Assembly: GCF_026506335.1 (NCBI RefSeq)
Contig: NZ_CP097716.1
Direction: 5' to 3' (one strand)
DNA: 24,000 bases
Origin: Escherichia coli
GTDB lineage: Bacteria > Pseudomonadota > Gammaproteobacteria > Enterobacterales > Enterobacteriaceae
Part shown: in pieces, positions 1-9,520 of the stretch
How positions within the stretch are numbered: position 1 is the stretch's first letter
Layout of the letters: every line of letters begins with the position of its first letter
The notes under the pieces: model-generated
Database searches by the model: none
Told to the model about the DNA's origin: nothing
What the model saw: only the letters and a program-made list of their open reading frames with translations
Position numbers and translations under genes: made by a program

Positions 1-3000
1 CTGAGGTGTGCTGACTTCAAACTGCTGCCCCGGCAACAGAATGACCGGTTCACCGGCTGACACCACCGGGCGAAGCGGTATCCGGTCAGTACCGGCTACT
101 GTCGCATCCACATTTCCGGTCAGTCCTGTCTGTACATCCGTTCCCTGTGGCTTCAGGGGAGAAAGCGTGACATGGCTGCCCTGAACCTGTCCGTGGCTGG
201 TGAGCTCTCCCGGCTTCAGCGTGATGGTCTGAATTACAGTGGGCGGAGTGTACTGAGAGGTTTCCCCCCCCTGCTTATCCTTTCCTTTTTTCCTGATACG
301 GTAATAATACGTGGATGTCCCTGAGTCCGTAACATGGCGCTCTCCGCTGACACTGACGTTTTCCACATCACCGGCCTGCATATCCAGCAGGCCACCTGCA
401 ACAACCTGACTCTTATCATTAAGCAGTTTGTCTGCCACAATCGTCATGCCGGCACCGGACAGAATTTTTCCCGGGTCGGATTCTTTTACCCGGGTTTCTT
501 CCACGGTACGGGTGTAATCGTACTGCGTGAATTTATCTCTGGCGCCTTCCGGTGTATGCAGTTTTTTCAGTGAGTTACTGGAATCGTTATCCACATAAAC
601 GCCCGCTTCACCGGCGCTCCAGCGTTTATCTGAGCCGCTGAGCTGATACTCAGTCACCTTTTCCGTGGAAACCACCACGCGCTCCGTGGTGAAATGGTCA
701 TTAACGTTATTGATTTGTCCGGCACTCAGTACCAGATATCCGGCGGCTTCAATAGTGGCACTGTGATTATTCAGTACACCGGCTTTCCCCGTGGCGGCAC
801 CATTCGCATCCAGCATGCCACCAGTATGCATATCACCTGCACTGTAAATCAGGCTGTGCGTCCGGTTATTCAGGGTCTGTACCCCTAAGTCCACACGCTC
901 ACGCCCGGCCAGCGTCGCCGCCACGCCATTTTCTTCCAGATTATTAAATGTGGCAGCGCTGACACCAACAGCATCGCCGTAGATTCGCCCGGTACCGGAA
1001 TTCGTCAGGGTGTTCGCCTGAAGACGCGTATATTTCCCGTCAATCAGCCCACGGTTCAGCAGTGTGTCCGTCACGTTAAGCCAGGTCTGCCCGGCACTGA
1101 TTTCACCTTTCTCTGTGTTTTCAAGGCGGATGCTGTTCAGGTCAAGCCGGCTGCCTGCCAGCAGGCTGCCGGTATTAGAGACATCGCCATTAACGGAAAG
1201 CGTAAGGTTTCCGTTCGCAATAGTCTGACCACTGTTGCTGAACGTTGTGTTACTTTTCAGCGTCATATCGCCCAGCGAAAGCAGCTTCCCGTCACCACCG
1301 AGCTGACCGGCATCCACAGATACTGACTGCCCGGCCTTAACCACGCCGTCACGGTTCGAAAACGCCAGCTGACGGCCACTGACAGACAATGTCGCGCCGG
1401 AAGATAGGACGCCGTCATTATTACTGAGCGTCCTGTCTGCCATAACCGTAAGCGCCCTGTCTGCCAGAATACTGCCCTCCTGGTTATCAAGGTCCTGCGT
1501 CGTGATGTGTATTGTCTGCGCTTCCAGCCCCTGGCCGGTATTCTGCGTGTGGCGATTGATAAACTGCAGGGCGTTCAGCGTAATGGCGGAACCACTGCGA
1601 ATCAGACCAGAGACGTTGTCCACAACGCCCCGTACACTGTTGAGCAACATGTCACCCACAGACTGTATTTGTCCGTGGCTGTTCTGCAGACCTCCCGTAT
1701 GCAGACGGAGTTCACCTTCACTGACCAGCCGGCCCCCCTCACGGTTATCCAGCGAGGTGGTGCTCAGGTCAGCTGTCGTTTTCGCCCCCACGGTCCCGCC
1801 CCGGTTATCCATTGCTCCGGTACTGACAGTCAGTTCCTGCAGGCTGTTCAGCGTACCGCGTCTGTTATCCAGCGTCTGGCCTGCGGTATTAATGCTGATC
1901 CCCCTCCCCTGAATAAGACCGGACTGATTGTTCAGCGCCTGGCTGTTCCAGCCGAGCAGACCGTTTGCCACCACCTGACCGGATGTATTGTTAACCACGC
2001 CTGCAGTCAAGGACAGAGCATCTCCCGACAAAAGCACACCGGCAGTGCTGTCCAGTGTGCCGGCATTCAGCGTCATCGGGCCCTGACTGATAACCCCGCC
2101 CCGGTCACCACTGTTACGGTTACTCAGTGTGTCAGCACGGAGATTCAGCGATGCACCACTCTGTATCAGGCCACTGGCATCGTTGATGATATCCGTCGAG
2201 GAAAGGGTCAGTGACTGCTGTGCCACCAGTCTGCCGCCCTGATTATCAAACCGTGTGACATCAAGCCTGCTGTTACCGTTGCTGACCACCGTCCCCTGCT
2301 GATTTTCCAGCACATTCAGGTGCGCATTCAGGTCTCTGCCGGCGGCAAGCGTCCCTTCCTGATTACTGACATCACCACCACTCAGCAACATATCCGTCCC
2401 GGCCTTCAGTGCGCCTTTCTGGTTCATCAGCGTACCTGACGATATCTGCAATGACGCCTGACTCCCCAGCACGCCCTGACGGTTATCGAGCGTTCCGGCG
2501 TTCAGGGTCATATCCTTCTGACCCACTATAAATCCCTGCTGGTTATTCAGCATACCAGCCCGCACTGTCAGGGTACCGGCGCTGCTGATACCACCCCGTG
2601 TTTTCGTGTTCCGGTTACTGAGTACCCCGTCCTGTACATCCAGCGTCATGTCACTGCCGGACTGAATCAGACCATCATCAGAGACCAGTTCGCTGCCTGA
2701 CACAGACAGCGTTTTCTGTGAAAGCAGTCTGCCGGACGCATTATCCAGCGCACCATCCAGCGTCACGGACAGCCCGTCAGACACCACCGTACCCTGGTGG
2801 TTATTCAGACTCCCTGCCGAAATACCCAGCCTGCCGGCGGACTCCATTCGTCCCTCCGTATTGCTGACAGCCTGCTGTGTTTTTATCCTGCCCGTTCCGG
2901 CAGCAGCTGAAATCAGTCCGTTGTCGTTATTCAGCGCCTGAGCGTTAAGCCGGACATCACGGCTGGCGGTGAGACTTCCCTGCTGGTTGTCCACGGCACC

Positions 3001-4686
3001 GGTTGTCTTCACCTGCAGACTGCCTGACTGCACCGCCTGCACTTTCCCCCTGCGATTATCAAGGCTCAGTGCATCCAGGCGCACCGCGCCATTTGCCGCA
3101 AGCAGCCCTTCCCGGTTATCCACACCTCCCGGCAGGTTCAGTGAAAAATCCCCTGTTCCCGTCTGAATCAGTTTACCCCTGTGGTTTGACAGGCTCTGTG
3201 CCGATATCTGCAGTGTGTCGGCATTTATCGTGCCACCATTATTGCTGAAGTGCCCGGCAGTCCGGGCGGAAAGCGTGCCGGCGCTCAGTTGCACATTCTG
3301 TGTGGACAGATTTCCACTGGTTGCATCCAGCTCAGTATGTTGTCCCTGTATCCGGCTGTTGCTTAAATCCAGCCCCTGCCCCTTCAGTTGCATGTCCCCA
3401 CCGGACAGAACCTGTCCGTGTGCCGCCAGTTCGCCGGTGGTACTGACAGTCAGGTTGCCCGCTGCCGCCAGACGTCCGTCATCTTTCACCCCGGCGGCCA
3501 GCAGACTCCGCTCACCGCCGGTCAGACGCGCTGTCTGAATCCGGGTGTTGCGACGTGATGCCACAGAGCCTGTATGGGTGAATACACCATTACTCTGTAT
3601 CTGCGTATCCTGCCCCGCATAAACAGAACCACTGTTATGCAGCTCCCGGGTTGTCGCCAGATGCACATCCGTTTTCGCACTGATACTGCCACTGTTTTCA
3701 ATACGTCCGTCAGCCGTCAGGGTAACCGCCCCTGCCTCCGCACCAATATGACCGGCGTTACGAACCCCCACCCCCGTTTCCGTACCGACAAGGCGAATTT
3801 TTCCGGCATACATTCCACCAAGGCTGGACACATCCAGCGCCACCTGTGGCTGCGAAGAGGCATCAGCGGCTTTTTTCTCAGTCTGCCCGTGCGCGATATC
3901 CACATTGTTACGTCCGGTGGTCACTTTCAGGTCCTGCGCCCAGATACCCGCATTAATCTTCACTGACCGGGCAATGATATCGGTATAATCCGTGCGCGAG
4001 GCATCCATCCCTTTGCCCGTAATCTGAATCTCACCACGTTCAACACTGAATCCGGTCAGACTGCCGTTTTTCATCTGAGGCTGCCCCGTGGTCAGCGTGG
4101 CCCGGTTCGCATTAATAAAACCGCACCCGTCGCAACTGATGCCGGCCGGGTTCGCAATCACCACCTGCGCCTTTTTACCGGCAACCTCAACAAAACCGTT
4201 CAACTGGCTGGGATTGCGACTGTTCACTTCATTAAGAATGATTCTGGCCTCTCCCTTCGCCAGCCACGGGTTCCCGGCCACCATGCCACCCAGCTGAGTC
4301 TGCACATTGTTATGGGCATTATTCAGAATGACACCTTTGTTACCGACGTCGAACTGGCTGTATGTGTTATGTGAAACCCCACCGGCAGAAGGCGTCTGAA
4401 TATTCACCTGCGGAATGCCGCTGGCCGTCTGCGTAATCGTGGGCTGCTGATGCCCCGGTGCGCCATGGTCTGCGGCAATGCCTGCAGCATTGACAGAATG
4501 CACCATCCCCGAAGCCAGCCACAAAGAGAATGCAAGCGGCGTGACACGGCAGATACGTTGCCTGTGTGGATATCCTGTGCGGGAGGACAGTGATGTACCG
4601 GCGCGACCGGAACGGGCAATATCTGCCACCACCATCAGCATTCCCCGGGCTTTGTTAAAAATAATGCGGTAACAATTTCTGTTCAT
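1..4686 (-). CDS. cdiA: CdiA / filamentous-haemagglutinin-family two-partner-secretion exoprotein, N-terminal 1562 codons (3' end lies beyond the window start)
   Basis: ATG at 4686-4684. This frame has no entry in the ORF track, which fits an open frame with no stop before position 1. My hand translation of the 5' end reads MNRNCYRIIFNKARGMLMVVADIA (ESPR-type extended signal peptide). It continues with TPS-domain motifs ...GGMVAGNPWLAKGEARIILNEVNSRNPSQLNGFVEVAGKKAQVVIANPAGISCDGCGFINANRATLTTG (NPNL-like and NPNGI-like boxes). The rest is G/N/T/L/S-rich degenerate FHA-type repeats, which also produce the long shadow ORFs on the + strand. Confidence 0.9.
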   Translation of the reverse strand, partial: MNRNCYRIIFNKARGMLMVVADIARSGRAGTSLSSRTGYPHRQRICRVTPLAFSLWLASGMVHSVNAAGIAADHGAPGHQQPTITQTASGIPQVNIQTPSAGGVSHNTYSQFDVGNKGVILNNAHNNVQTQLGGMVAGNPWLAKGEARIILNEVNSRNPSQLNGFVEVAGKKAQVVIANPAGISCDGCGFINANRATLTTGQPQMKNGSLTGFSVERGEIQITGKGMDASRTDYTDIIARSVKINAGIWAQDLKVTTGRNNVDIAHGQTEKKAADASSQPQVALDVSSLGGMYAGKIRLVGTETGVGVRNAGHIGAEAGAVTLTADGRIENSGSISAKTDVHLATTRELHNSGSVYAGQDTQIQSNGVFTHTGSVASRRNTRIQTARLTGGERSLLAAGVKDDGRLAAAGNLTVSTTGELAAHGQVLSGGDMQLKGQGLDLSNSRIQGQHTELDATSGNLSTQNVQLSAGTLSARTAGHFSNNGGTINADTLQISAQSLSNHRGKLIQTGTGDFSLNLPGGVDNREGLLAANGAVRLDALSLDNRRGKVQAVQSGSLQVKTTGAVDNQQGSLTASRDVRLNAQALNNDNGLISAAAGTGRIKTQQAVSNTEGRMESAGRLGISAGSLNNHQGTVVSDGLSVTLDGALDNASGRLLSQKTLSVSGSELVSDDGLIQSGSDMTLDVQDGVLSNRNTKTRGGISSAGTLTVRAGMLNNQQGFIVGQKDMTLNAGTLDNRQGVLGSQASLQISSGTLMNQKGALKAGTDMLLSGGDVSNQEGTLAAGRDLNAHLNVLENQQGTVVSNGNSRLDVTRFDNQGGRLVAQQSLTLSSTDIINDASGLIQSGASLNLRADTLSNRNSGDRGGVISQGPMTLNAGTLDSTAGVLLSGDALSLTAGVVNNTSGQVVANGLLGWNSQALNNQSGLIQGRGISINTAGQTLDNRRGTLNSLQELTVSTGAMDNRGGTVGAKTTADLSTTSLDNREGGRLVSEGELRLHTGGLQNSHGQIQSVGDMLLNSVRGVVDNVSGLIRSGSAITLNALQFINRHTQNTGQGLEAQTIHITTQDLDNQEGSILADRALTVMADRTLSNNDGVLSSGATLSVSGRQLAFSNRDGVVKAGQSVSVDAGQLGGDGKLLSLGDMTLKSNTTFSNSGQTIANGNLTLSVNGDVSNTGSLLAGSRLDLNSIRLENTEKGEISAGQTWLNVTDTLLNRGLIDGKYTRLQANTLTNSGTGRIYGDAVGVSAATFNNLEENGVAATLAGRERVDLGVQTLNNRTHSLIYSAGDMHTGGMLDANGAATGKAGVLNNHSATIEAAGYLVLSAGQINNVNDHFTTERVVVSTEKVTEYQLSGSDKRWSAGEAGVYVDNDSSNSLKKLHTPEGARDKFTQYDYTRTVEETRVKESDPGKILSGAGMTIVADKLLNDKSQVVAGGLLDMQAGDVENVSVSGERHVTDSGTSTYYYRIRKKGKDKQGGETSQYTPPTVIQTITLKPGELTSHGQVQGSHVTLSPLKPQGTDVQTGLTGNVDATVAGTDRIPLRPVVSAGEPVILLPGQQFEVSTPQ

Positions 4687-4701
4687 TCTGATAAACCTGA
4701 C

Positions 4702-5229
4702 TTATCTCTCCGGCACATCCACAGCAAGCGGGTGCTGCACACGCCACTGGCGCGCCTCTTCACGACTGACCTGTGCACCCCGGAAATTCATCACCCGTAA
4801 CCCGGTCTGCTGCCCACGGTGGTACAGCGAACGCCAGCACAGACGGGGAAAAATATCCTGCCGGACAAGACGACTCATATCCGGAGTGTGTCCAAAAGGG
4901 GCAACCCAGTCACAGACCCACATCCGGTCGCCGCTGTTCCAGTCCGACTGAGGCATGAGAATTGCCGGCTGCGTAAGATAACGCGCCTCTGCCTCCGGGC
5001 TGAGCCAGGCCTGGCTCATGAAGAAAACCGGTCGCCCCTGCTCTGTTGCCACCACATACTGTCGGTGCTTAATCACCGGCAGCAGCAGGTCCGGCAGGGT
5101 ATGCAGTGGCGCATCACGATGCAGGGGGGAGTGCATCCACAACCAGACGGCCGCCCCCAGGACTTCCGCCTCATTGACCGGCTCACCGGAATACAGGGGA
5201 CTCAGAACGTCATATTTCCCGTTACGCAT
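4702..5229 (-). CDS. cdiC: HlyC/RtxC-family toxin-activating lysine acyltransferase (TAAT), CdiC-type
   Basis: 175 aa. It shares blocks with E. coli HlyC as I recall that sequence: LG..VWLWMHSPLHRD (HlyC: LGHVSWLWASSPLHRN) and DWNSGDRMWVCDWVAPFG (HlyC: DWTSGDRKWFIDWIAPFG). It lies 9 nt after the cdiB stop and 15 nt before the cdiA ATG, on the same strand. Confidence 0.85.
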   Translation of the reverse strand: MRNGKYDVLSPLYSGEPVNEAEVLGAAVWLWMHSPLHRDAPLHTLPDLLLPVIKHRQYVVATEQGRPVFFMSQAWLSPEAEARYLTQPAILMPQSDWNSGDRMWVCDWVAPFGHTPDMSRLVRQDIFPRLCWRSLYHRGQQTGLRVMNFRGAQVSREEARQWRVQHPLAVDVPER

Positions 5230-5238
5230 GAAACTTTC

Positions 5239-6978
5239 TCAGAAATCCCGGAACAGATTAAAACCGGCTGTCACATCACTCGTCATAAAACCCGCCGGCT
5301 TTGAAAACGGACGACCGATGAAAACGTCATAATCCGTACTGAACAGTTGCCCCCTCAGCCCCACAACACCACCGGCCAGATGACGTCCCACCAGATATTC
5401 ACTGCCGGCTCCCCCCACCTCGCCGTAATCCATTCCCAGATATAACTCCTGCTCCGGCAGTGGCGTACGCCAGGCCAGGTCGTTGCGGATATACCAGCCG
5501 TTACTGGCATTCAGCGTTCGCTCCCCGTCAAAACCACGAACCGTCCAGCGGTTACCGATGGCAAACTGTTCCTGTGGGGTCAGCGGGGTATTGCTCAGCT
5601 GGCGCTGATACCGGAAGGAATAACTGAAGGGCTGCTCTGCCAGTGTAAAGGGCAGATTAAAGGATGCATTCATCTGCAGGATCTTACTGAGCGCCGTTGC
5701 CTCACCGAAGATTTCCTCCGGTGCCGGCTGTGCACCAAACCAGCGGGTTCCCCGTTGCCAGCTGACACCAGCATCCAGTGTGGACTGAGAAATATAATGA
5801 CGGTGCTGCAGCCCAAGTCGCCAGGCCGCTGTCTGCCGGCGCTGCACCTGGATTTCCGTATCATTAATGTAGTTACGCGACCTGCGGGCCTGAACATCGT
5901 AAGTCAGCACCGTTTTCTGCGTCCCGTTACGGTGCAGTACCCGGCTCAGCTGCATGCCCAGATTCTGACTCTCGCCACTGTACTGGTAATCCTCAACCGC
6001 ACCAGCTACCGTCTGATGGTAATCGTAATCACTGGCGGTGACGGAAAACTGCCAGTAACCGAAAGGCACAGAGTAATGGGCCGTGTAGTTTTTACTGCCC
6101 TTACCCCCGTAATGTGGAAAATTATGGGTGGCAGAAACATACAGCAGGTCACTCAGGGAAAAAGGATTATCCAGAGAAAATGTTATACCACCGAGATAAC
6201 GCCCTGTGCTGCGGGTACCTGAATCATCAAGCGAAAACCCCAGTCGCCAGTATTTATCCTGTTTACGGGTAATAAGAATATCACTTTCCCCTGGCTGCTC
6301 ACCGGGCACAATTTCCATATCAGCCTGCACACCCGGCAGTCGTTGCATATTCTCCAGCCCCTGCTCAATGTCCCGTAAATCCAGCAGAGAACCTTCGTGT
6401 GCCGGGAATGAGGAATACAACTGAATATAGTCATCACTGTCCGGTGTCAGACGCACATGTCGCACAACACCGGGAATAATAACCAGCCGGAGGATACCGC
6501 TTTTTAAATCCTGCGAAGGTGCCAGAACACGGGTGGTGACATAACCATGATCGACCAGACGGTTCTGCAATGTACTCATCAGCAGATTAATTCCTTTCGC
6601 CCCCAGGCAATGCCCGACCGCCCCGTTGGCGATTTTTTGTAAAGGCAGCCAGTGTGGTAACGCATCAGCCCCCTTCAGTTCCGTCTGTTTAATCTGAAAA
6701 CAGGGCGTTTCAACAGGAAAATTAATCTTATGGGCAAAAGAGCCAGGTGCAGAAAGGCGAACATCAGGGGCTGAAGGCGTCAGTTGTTGCTCAAGGGCTT
6801 CCTGACGCTGCTGCTGAATGATAAATGTATCCTCTCCACTACGCCGGATATCCGCGGCCTGAAGAGATAAAGGCGATAATAAAACAGACATCAGTGTCAG
6901 TGACAGCAAGGACGGACAGCGCCGGAATAAGCTTTGTTCCTCAGCCCTCTCGTTCCTGCAACATAATTTTCCAGTCAA
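5239..6978 (-). CDS. cdiB: TpsB/Omp85-family outer-membrane transporter (ShlB/FhaC/HecB family), CdiB
   Basis: 579 aa. It has a signal-like N-terminus ...[25 protein letters not shown] and the loop-6 tetrad motif [11 protein letters not shown]. The C-terminal beta-barrel signature ends in ...GFNLFRDF (terminal Phe). The earliest start is TTG at 6978, which keeps the RR n-region. The first in-frame ATG is at 6891, so the start is uncertain. Confidence 0.9.
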   Translation of the reverse strand: MTGKLCCRNERAEEQSLFRRCPSLLSLTLMSVLLSPLSLQAADIRRSGEDTFIIQQQRQEALEQQLTPSAPDVRLSAPGSFAHKINFPVETPCFQIKQTELKGADALPHWLPLQKIANGAVGHCLGAKGINLLMSTLQNRLVDHGYVTTRVLAPSQDLKSGILRLVIIPGVVRHVRLTPDSDDYIQLYSSFPAHEGSLLDLRDIEQGLENMQRLPGVQADMEIVPGEQPGESDILITRKQDKYWRLGFSLDDSGTRSTGRYLGGITFSLDNPFSLSDLLYVSATHNFPHYGGKGSKNYTAHYSVPFGYWQFSVTASDYDYHQTVAGAVEDYQYSGESQNLGMQLSRVLHRNGTQKTVLTYDVQARRSRNYINDTEIQVQRRQTAAWRLGLQHRHYISQSTLDAGVSWQRGTRWFGAQPAPEEIFGEATALSKILQMNASFNLPFTLAEQPFSYSFRYQRQLSNTPLTPQEQFAIGNRWTVRGFDGERTLNASNGWYIRNDLAWRTPLPEQELYLGMDYGEVGGAGSEYLVGRHLAGGVVGLRGQLFSTDYDVFIGRPFSKPAGFMTSDVTAGFNLFRDF

Positions 6979-7143
6979 ACGTAAAACCTTTTATTCATGT
7001 CATACCAACAATCACCAGCCTCCTGACGATACCTCCCACCATGTTTTGCGATGGCACGCTACCGCCCTTCCGGTATTTACCCGCATCAACCGGTACCAGA
7101 ATGCTGAGCAATAAATCTGCCAATTTTTAGCTGACTTATTTTT

Positions 7144-7200
7144 GATCATTATAGAATAATGATCTGAACTACAGCAATATGACAGATTTATCGATCGATA
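7144..7200. promoter_or_regulatory. Two GATC-containing palindromes in the AT-rich region upstream of cdiB
   Basis: GATCATTAT-aga-ATAATGATC (7144-7164) is a perfect 9-bp inverted repeat with GATC at both tips. TATCGATCGATA (7189-7200) is a perfect 12-bp palindrome with a central GATC. That gives three Dam sites in 53 bp, 166-222 bp upstream of the cdiB start. Confidence 0.3.
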
Positions 7201-7570
7201 TAACACAAATGAACAGTTCTTTATTCTGTCATATATCGCAAAAACAGCATATTGCAAAATTTATAACCATAATTAATGGAAAAGTGCAGAAAATTATTCC
7301 ACTGAATGCTTTTAATACAGTTGGTTAGCTAAAAAAATATCATTTTTTGATTTCGGTCATTGAAAATTGCAATGCGTGACGATTCAACAGCATTTAAGTG
7401 AGTTTCAGGATATGGGAAGGACATGAAAGGAGGAGCGCAATAAAATATACAGGAAGAAGGGGAAAATGTTTCGTAAAAACAGAAAATTAACATCGCACAT
7501 CAGGAAACTCAGTCTCCTGATTCAGTGCTACCACATGAAAATTTAGTTAACTGTTACCGTACTAAAATTT

Positions 7571-7762
7571 ATGTCAGAAGATGTTCCATTACCGAAAGTC
7601 AATCAGCGATACAAAGACGATCATGGTGCGCTTGTCACCGTGAGCAGTGTTGAGGAAACCCGGGTGGTGTTTATGCGGGACGGCTATCCGCATCCCTGCA
7701 TGCGACCGATGTACAACTTTCTGGGAAAATTCAAACCCGAACCCCGGGAAGAAACAGAATAA
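7571..7762 (+). CDS. Small DUF4222-like prophage protein (63 aa)
   Basis: The pattern ...YKDDHGALVTVSSVEETRVVFMRDGYPHPCMRPMYNF... resembles the DUF4222 core (R.G..V.V......V.F.R.GY...C..P...F) as I remember it. The SD is weak. Confidence 0.5.
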   Translation: MSEDVPLPKVNQRYKDDHGALVTVSSVEETRVVFMRDGYPHPCMRPMYNFLGKFKPEPREETE

Positions 7763-7814
7763 AACGAAATCCCTGCCGGCAATCACACTGCCTGATGGCA
7801 GCATAATCCATTTA

Positions 7815-7982
7815 TTAATTCTCATCCCCGGAGACAAGCCCAGAAAACCACTCCGGGTGTTCACTGTATGCCGTGTTCAGCGCATCCCAGGAAACGTTTA
7901 TATAAAAGCTGTCCTGCAATTTGCGGGTAACAACTTCTGCCAGGCGATTCCGATCCGCCAGTCCGGCATAACTGAGGTAGCC
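7815..7982 (-). pseudogene. Orphan 3' gene fragment (about 51 codons) cut by the IS600 left end
   Basis: The minus-strand frame reads ...YAGLADRNRLAEVVTRKLQDSFYINVSWDALNTAYSEHPEWFSGLVSGDEN* and starts exactly at the IS600 terminus. The listed 68-aa ORF borrows its start from inside IS600. The family is not recognised. Confidence 0.35.
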
Positions 7983-8036
7983 TGAGTTTAACGGACACTC
8001 CTTCCTGAAATAGAATGGCATCAGAAGGAGCTAATA

Positions 8037-8299
8037 ATGAGCAGAAAAACCCAACATTACTCTAAAGAGTTCAAAGCCGAAGCTGTCAGAACGGTTCTTG
8101 AAAATCAACTTTCGATCAGTGAAGGCGCTTCCCGATTATCTCTTCCTGAAGGCACTTTAGGACAATGGGTTACCGCCGCCAGAAAAGGGCTCGGTACTCC
8201 TGGTTCCCGCACGGTGGCTGAACTGGAATCTGAAATTCTGCAACTGCGTAAGGCGTTAAATGAAGCTCGCCTTGAGCGAGATATATTAAAAAAAGCAAC
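8037..8299 (+). pseudogene. IS600 orfA, separated from its last 13 codons (9523-9562) by IS30
   Basis: The listed 122-aa ORF is a chimera. IS600 OrfA runs to ...ERDILKKAT, and the ORF then reads through into the IS30 left end (VDSIGQRNSYVKTW...). The A7G slippery run (8288-8295), the IS3-family -1 frameshift site, lies 4 nt before the IS30 junction. Confidence 0.85.
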
Positions 8300-9520
8300 T
8301 GTAGATTCAATTGGTCAACGCAACAGTTATGTGAAAACATGGGGTTGCGGAGGTTTTTTGAATGAGACGAACATTTACAGCAGAGGAAAAAGCCTCTGTT
8401 TTTGAACTATGGAAGAACGGAACAGGCTTCAGTGAAATAGCGAATATCCTGGGTTCAAAACCCGGAACGATCTTCACTATGTTAAGGGATACTGGCGGCA
8501 TAAAACCCCATGAGCGTAAGCGGGCTGTAGCTCACCTGACACTGTCTGAGCGCGAGGAGATACGAGCTGGTTTGTCAGCCAAAATGAGCATTCGTGCGAT
8601 AGCTACTGCGCTGAATCGCAGTCCTTCGACGATCTCACGTGAAGTTCAGCGTAATCGGGGCAGACGCTATTACAAAGCTGTTGATGCTAATAACCGAGCC
8701 AACAGAATGGCGAAAAGGCCAAAACCGTGCTTACTGGATCAAAATTTACCATTGCGAAAGCTTGTTCTGGAAAAGCTGGAGATGAAATGGTCTCCAGAGC
8801 AAATATCAGGATGGTTAAGGCGAACAAAACCACGTCAAAAAACGCTGCGAATATCACCTGAGACAATTTATAAAACGCTGTACTTTCGTAGCCGTGAAGC
8901 GCTACACCACCTGAATATACAGCATCTGCGACGGTCGCATAGCCTTCGCCATGGCAGGCGTCATACCCGCAAAGGCGAAAGAGGTACGATTAACATAGTG
9001 AACGGAACACCAATTCACGAACGTTCCCGAAATATCGATAACAGACGCTCTCTGGGACATTGGGAGGGCGATTTAGTCTCAGGTACAAAAAACTCTCATA
9101 TAGCCACACTTGTAGACCGAAAATCACGTTATACGATCATCCTTAGACTCAGGGGCAAAGATTCTGTCTCAGTAAATCAGGCTCTTACCGACAAATTCCT
9201 GAGTTTACCGTCAGAACTCAGAAAATCACTGACATGGGACAGAGGAATGGAACTGGCCAGACATCTAGAATTTACTGTCAGCACCGGCGTTAAAGTTTAC
9301 TTCTGCGATCCTCAGAGTCCTTGGCAGCGGGGAACAAATGAGAACACAAATGGGCTAATTCGGCAGTACTTTCCTAAAAAGACATGTCTTGCCCAATATA
9401 CTCAACATGAACTAGATCTGGTTGCTGCTCAGCTAAACAACAGACCGAGAAAGACACTGAAGTTCAAAACACCGAAAGAGATAATTGAAAGGGGTGTTGC
9501 ATTGACAGATTGAATCTACA
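8300..9520 (+). mobile_element. IS30, complete (1221 bp)
   Basis: The 26-bp terminal inverted repeats are TGTAGATTCAATTGGTCAACGCAACA (8300-8325) and TGTTGCATTGACAGATTGAATCTACA (9495-9520), matching at 23/26. The 2-bp direct repeat AC (8298-8299 and 9521-9522) restores the IS600 sequence GCAACAGCG. The length is exactly 1221 bp. Confidence 0.95.
8362..9513 (+). CDS. insI: IS30 transposase (383 aa)
   Basis: Full-length ORF MRRTFTAEEKASVFELWKNGTGFSEIANILG... with an N-terminal HTH and a DDE region (...HWEGDLV...TWDRGMEL...GTNENTNGLIRQYFPK...). Confidence 0.95.
   Translation: MRRTFTAEEKASVFELWKNGTGFSEIANILGSKPGTIFTMLRDTGGIKPHERKRAVAHLTLSEREEIRAGLSAKMSIRAIATALNRSPSTISREVQRNRGRRYYKAVDANNRANRMAKRPKPCLLDQNLPLRKLVLEKLEMKWSPEQISGWLRRTKPRQKTLRISPETIYKTLYFRSREALHHLNIQHLRRSHSLRHGRRHTRKGERGTINIVNGTPIHERSRNIDNRRSLGHWEGDLVSGTKNSHIATLVDRKSRYTIILRLRGKDSVSVNQALTDKFLSLPSELRKSLTWDRGMELARHLEFTVSTGVKVYFCDPQSPWQRGTNENTNGLIRQYFPKKTCLAQYTQHELDLVAAQLNNRPRKTLKFKTPKEIIERGVALTD

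Noticed and set aside
334-4672. Many long + strand ORFs (for example 1507-2214 at 235 aa, 1502-1912, 3215-3538, 3574-3966) across the left 4.7 kb
   Set aside because: They lie antisense to the uninterrupted cdiA frame. Their products are low-complexity (Pro/Ser/Arg/Cys-rich), they overlap one another in different frames, and they have no SD sequences. They are shadow ORFs produced by the repetitive, GC-rich FHA repeats.
4773-6437. + and - strand ORFs of 61-161 aa overlapping cdiC and cdiB
   Set aside because: All are nested inside or antisense to two well-supported genes with strong family signatures. No independent evidence supports them.
7466-7546. A 26-codon sORF (MFRKNRKLTSHIRKLSLLIQCYHMKI) ahead of the DUF4222 gene, and a 32-codon sORF at 19000-19098 in the purine-rich leader
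   Set aside because: They are too short to support from sequence alone. The SD-like motifs are abundant in these purine-rich stretches regardless of coding. They are mentioned only as targets for ribosome profiling.
8037-8405. The 122-aa ORF taken as an intact protein
   Set aside because: It is a chimera. IS600 OrfA runs to ...ILKKAT and the ORF then reads into the IS30 left inverted repeat. The authentic OrfA C-terminus (AYFAQESLKNTR*) resumes at 9523-9562.
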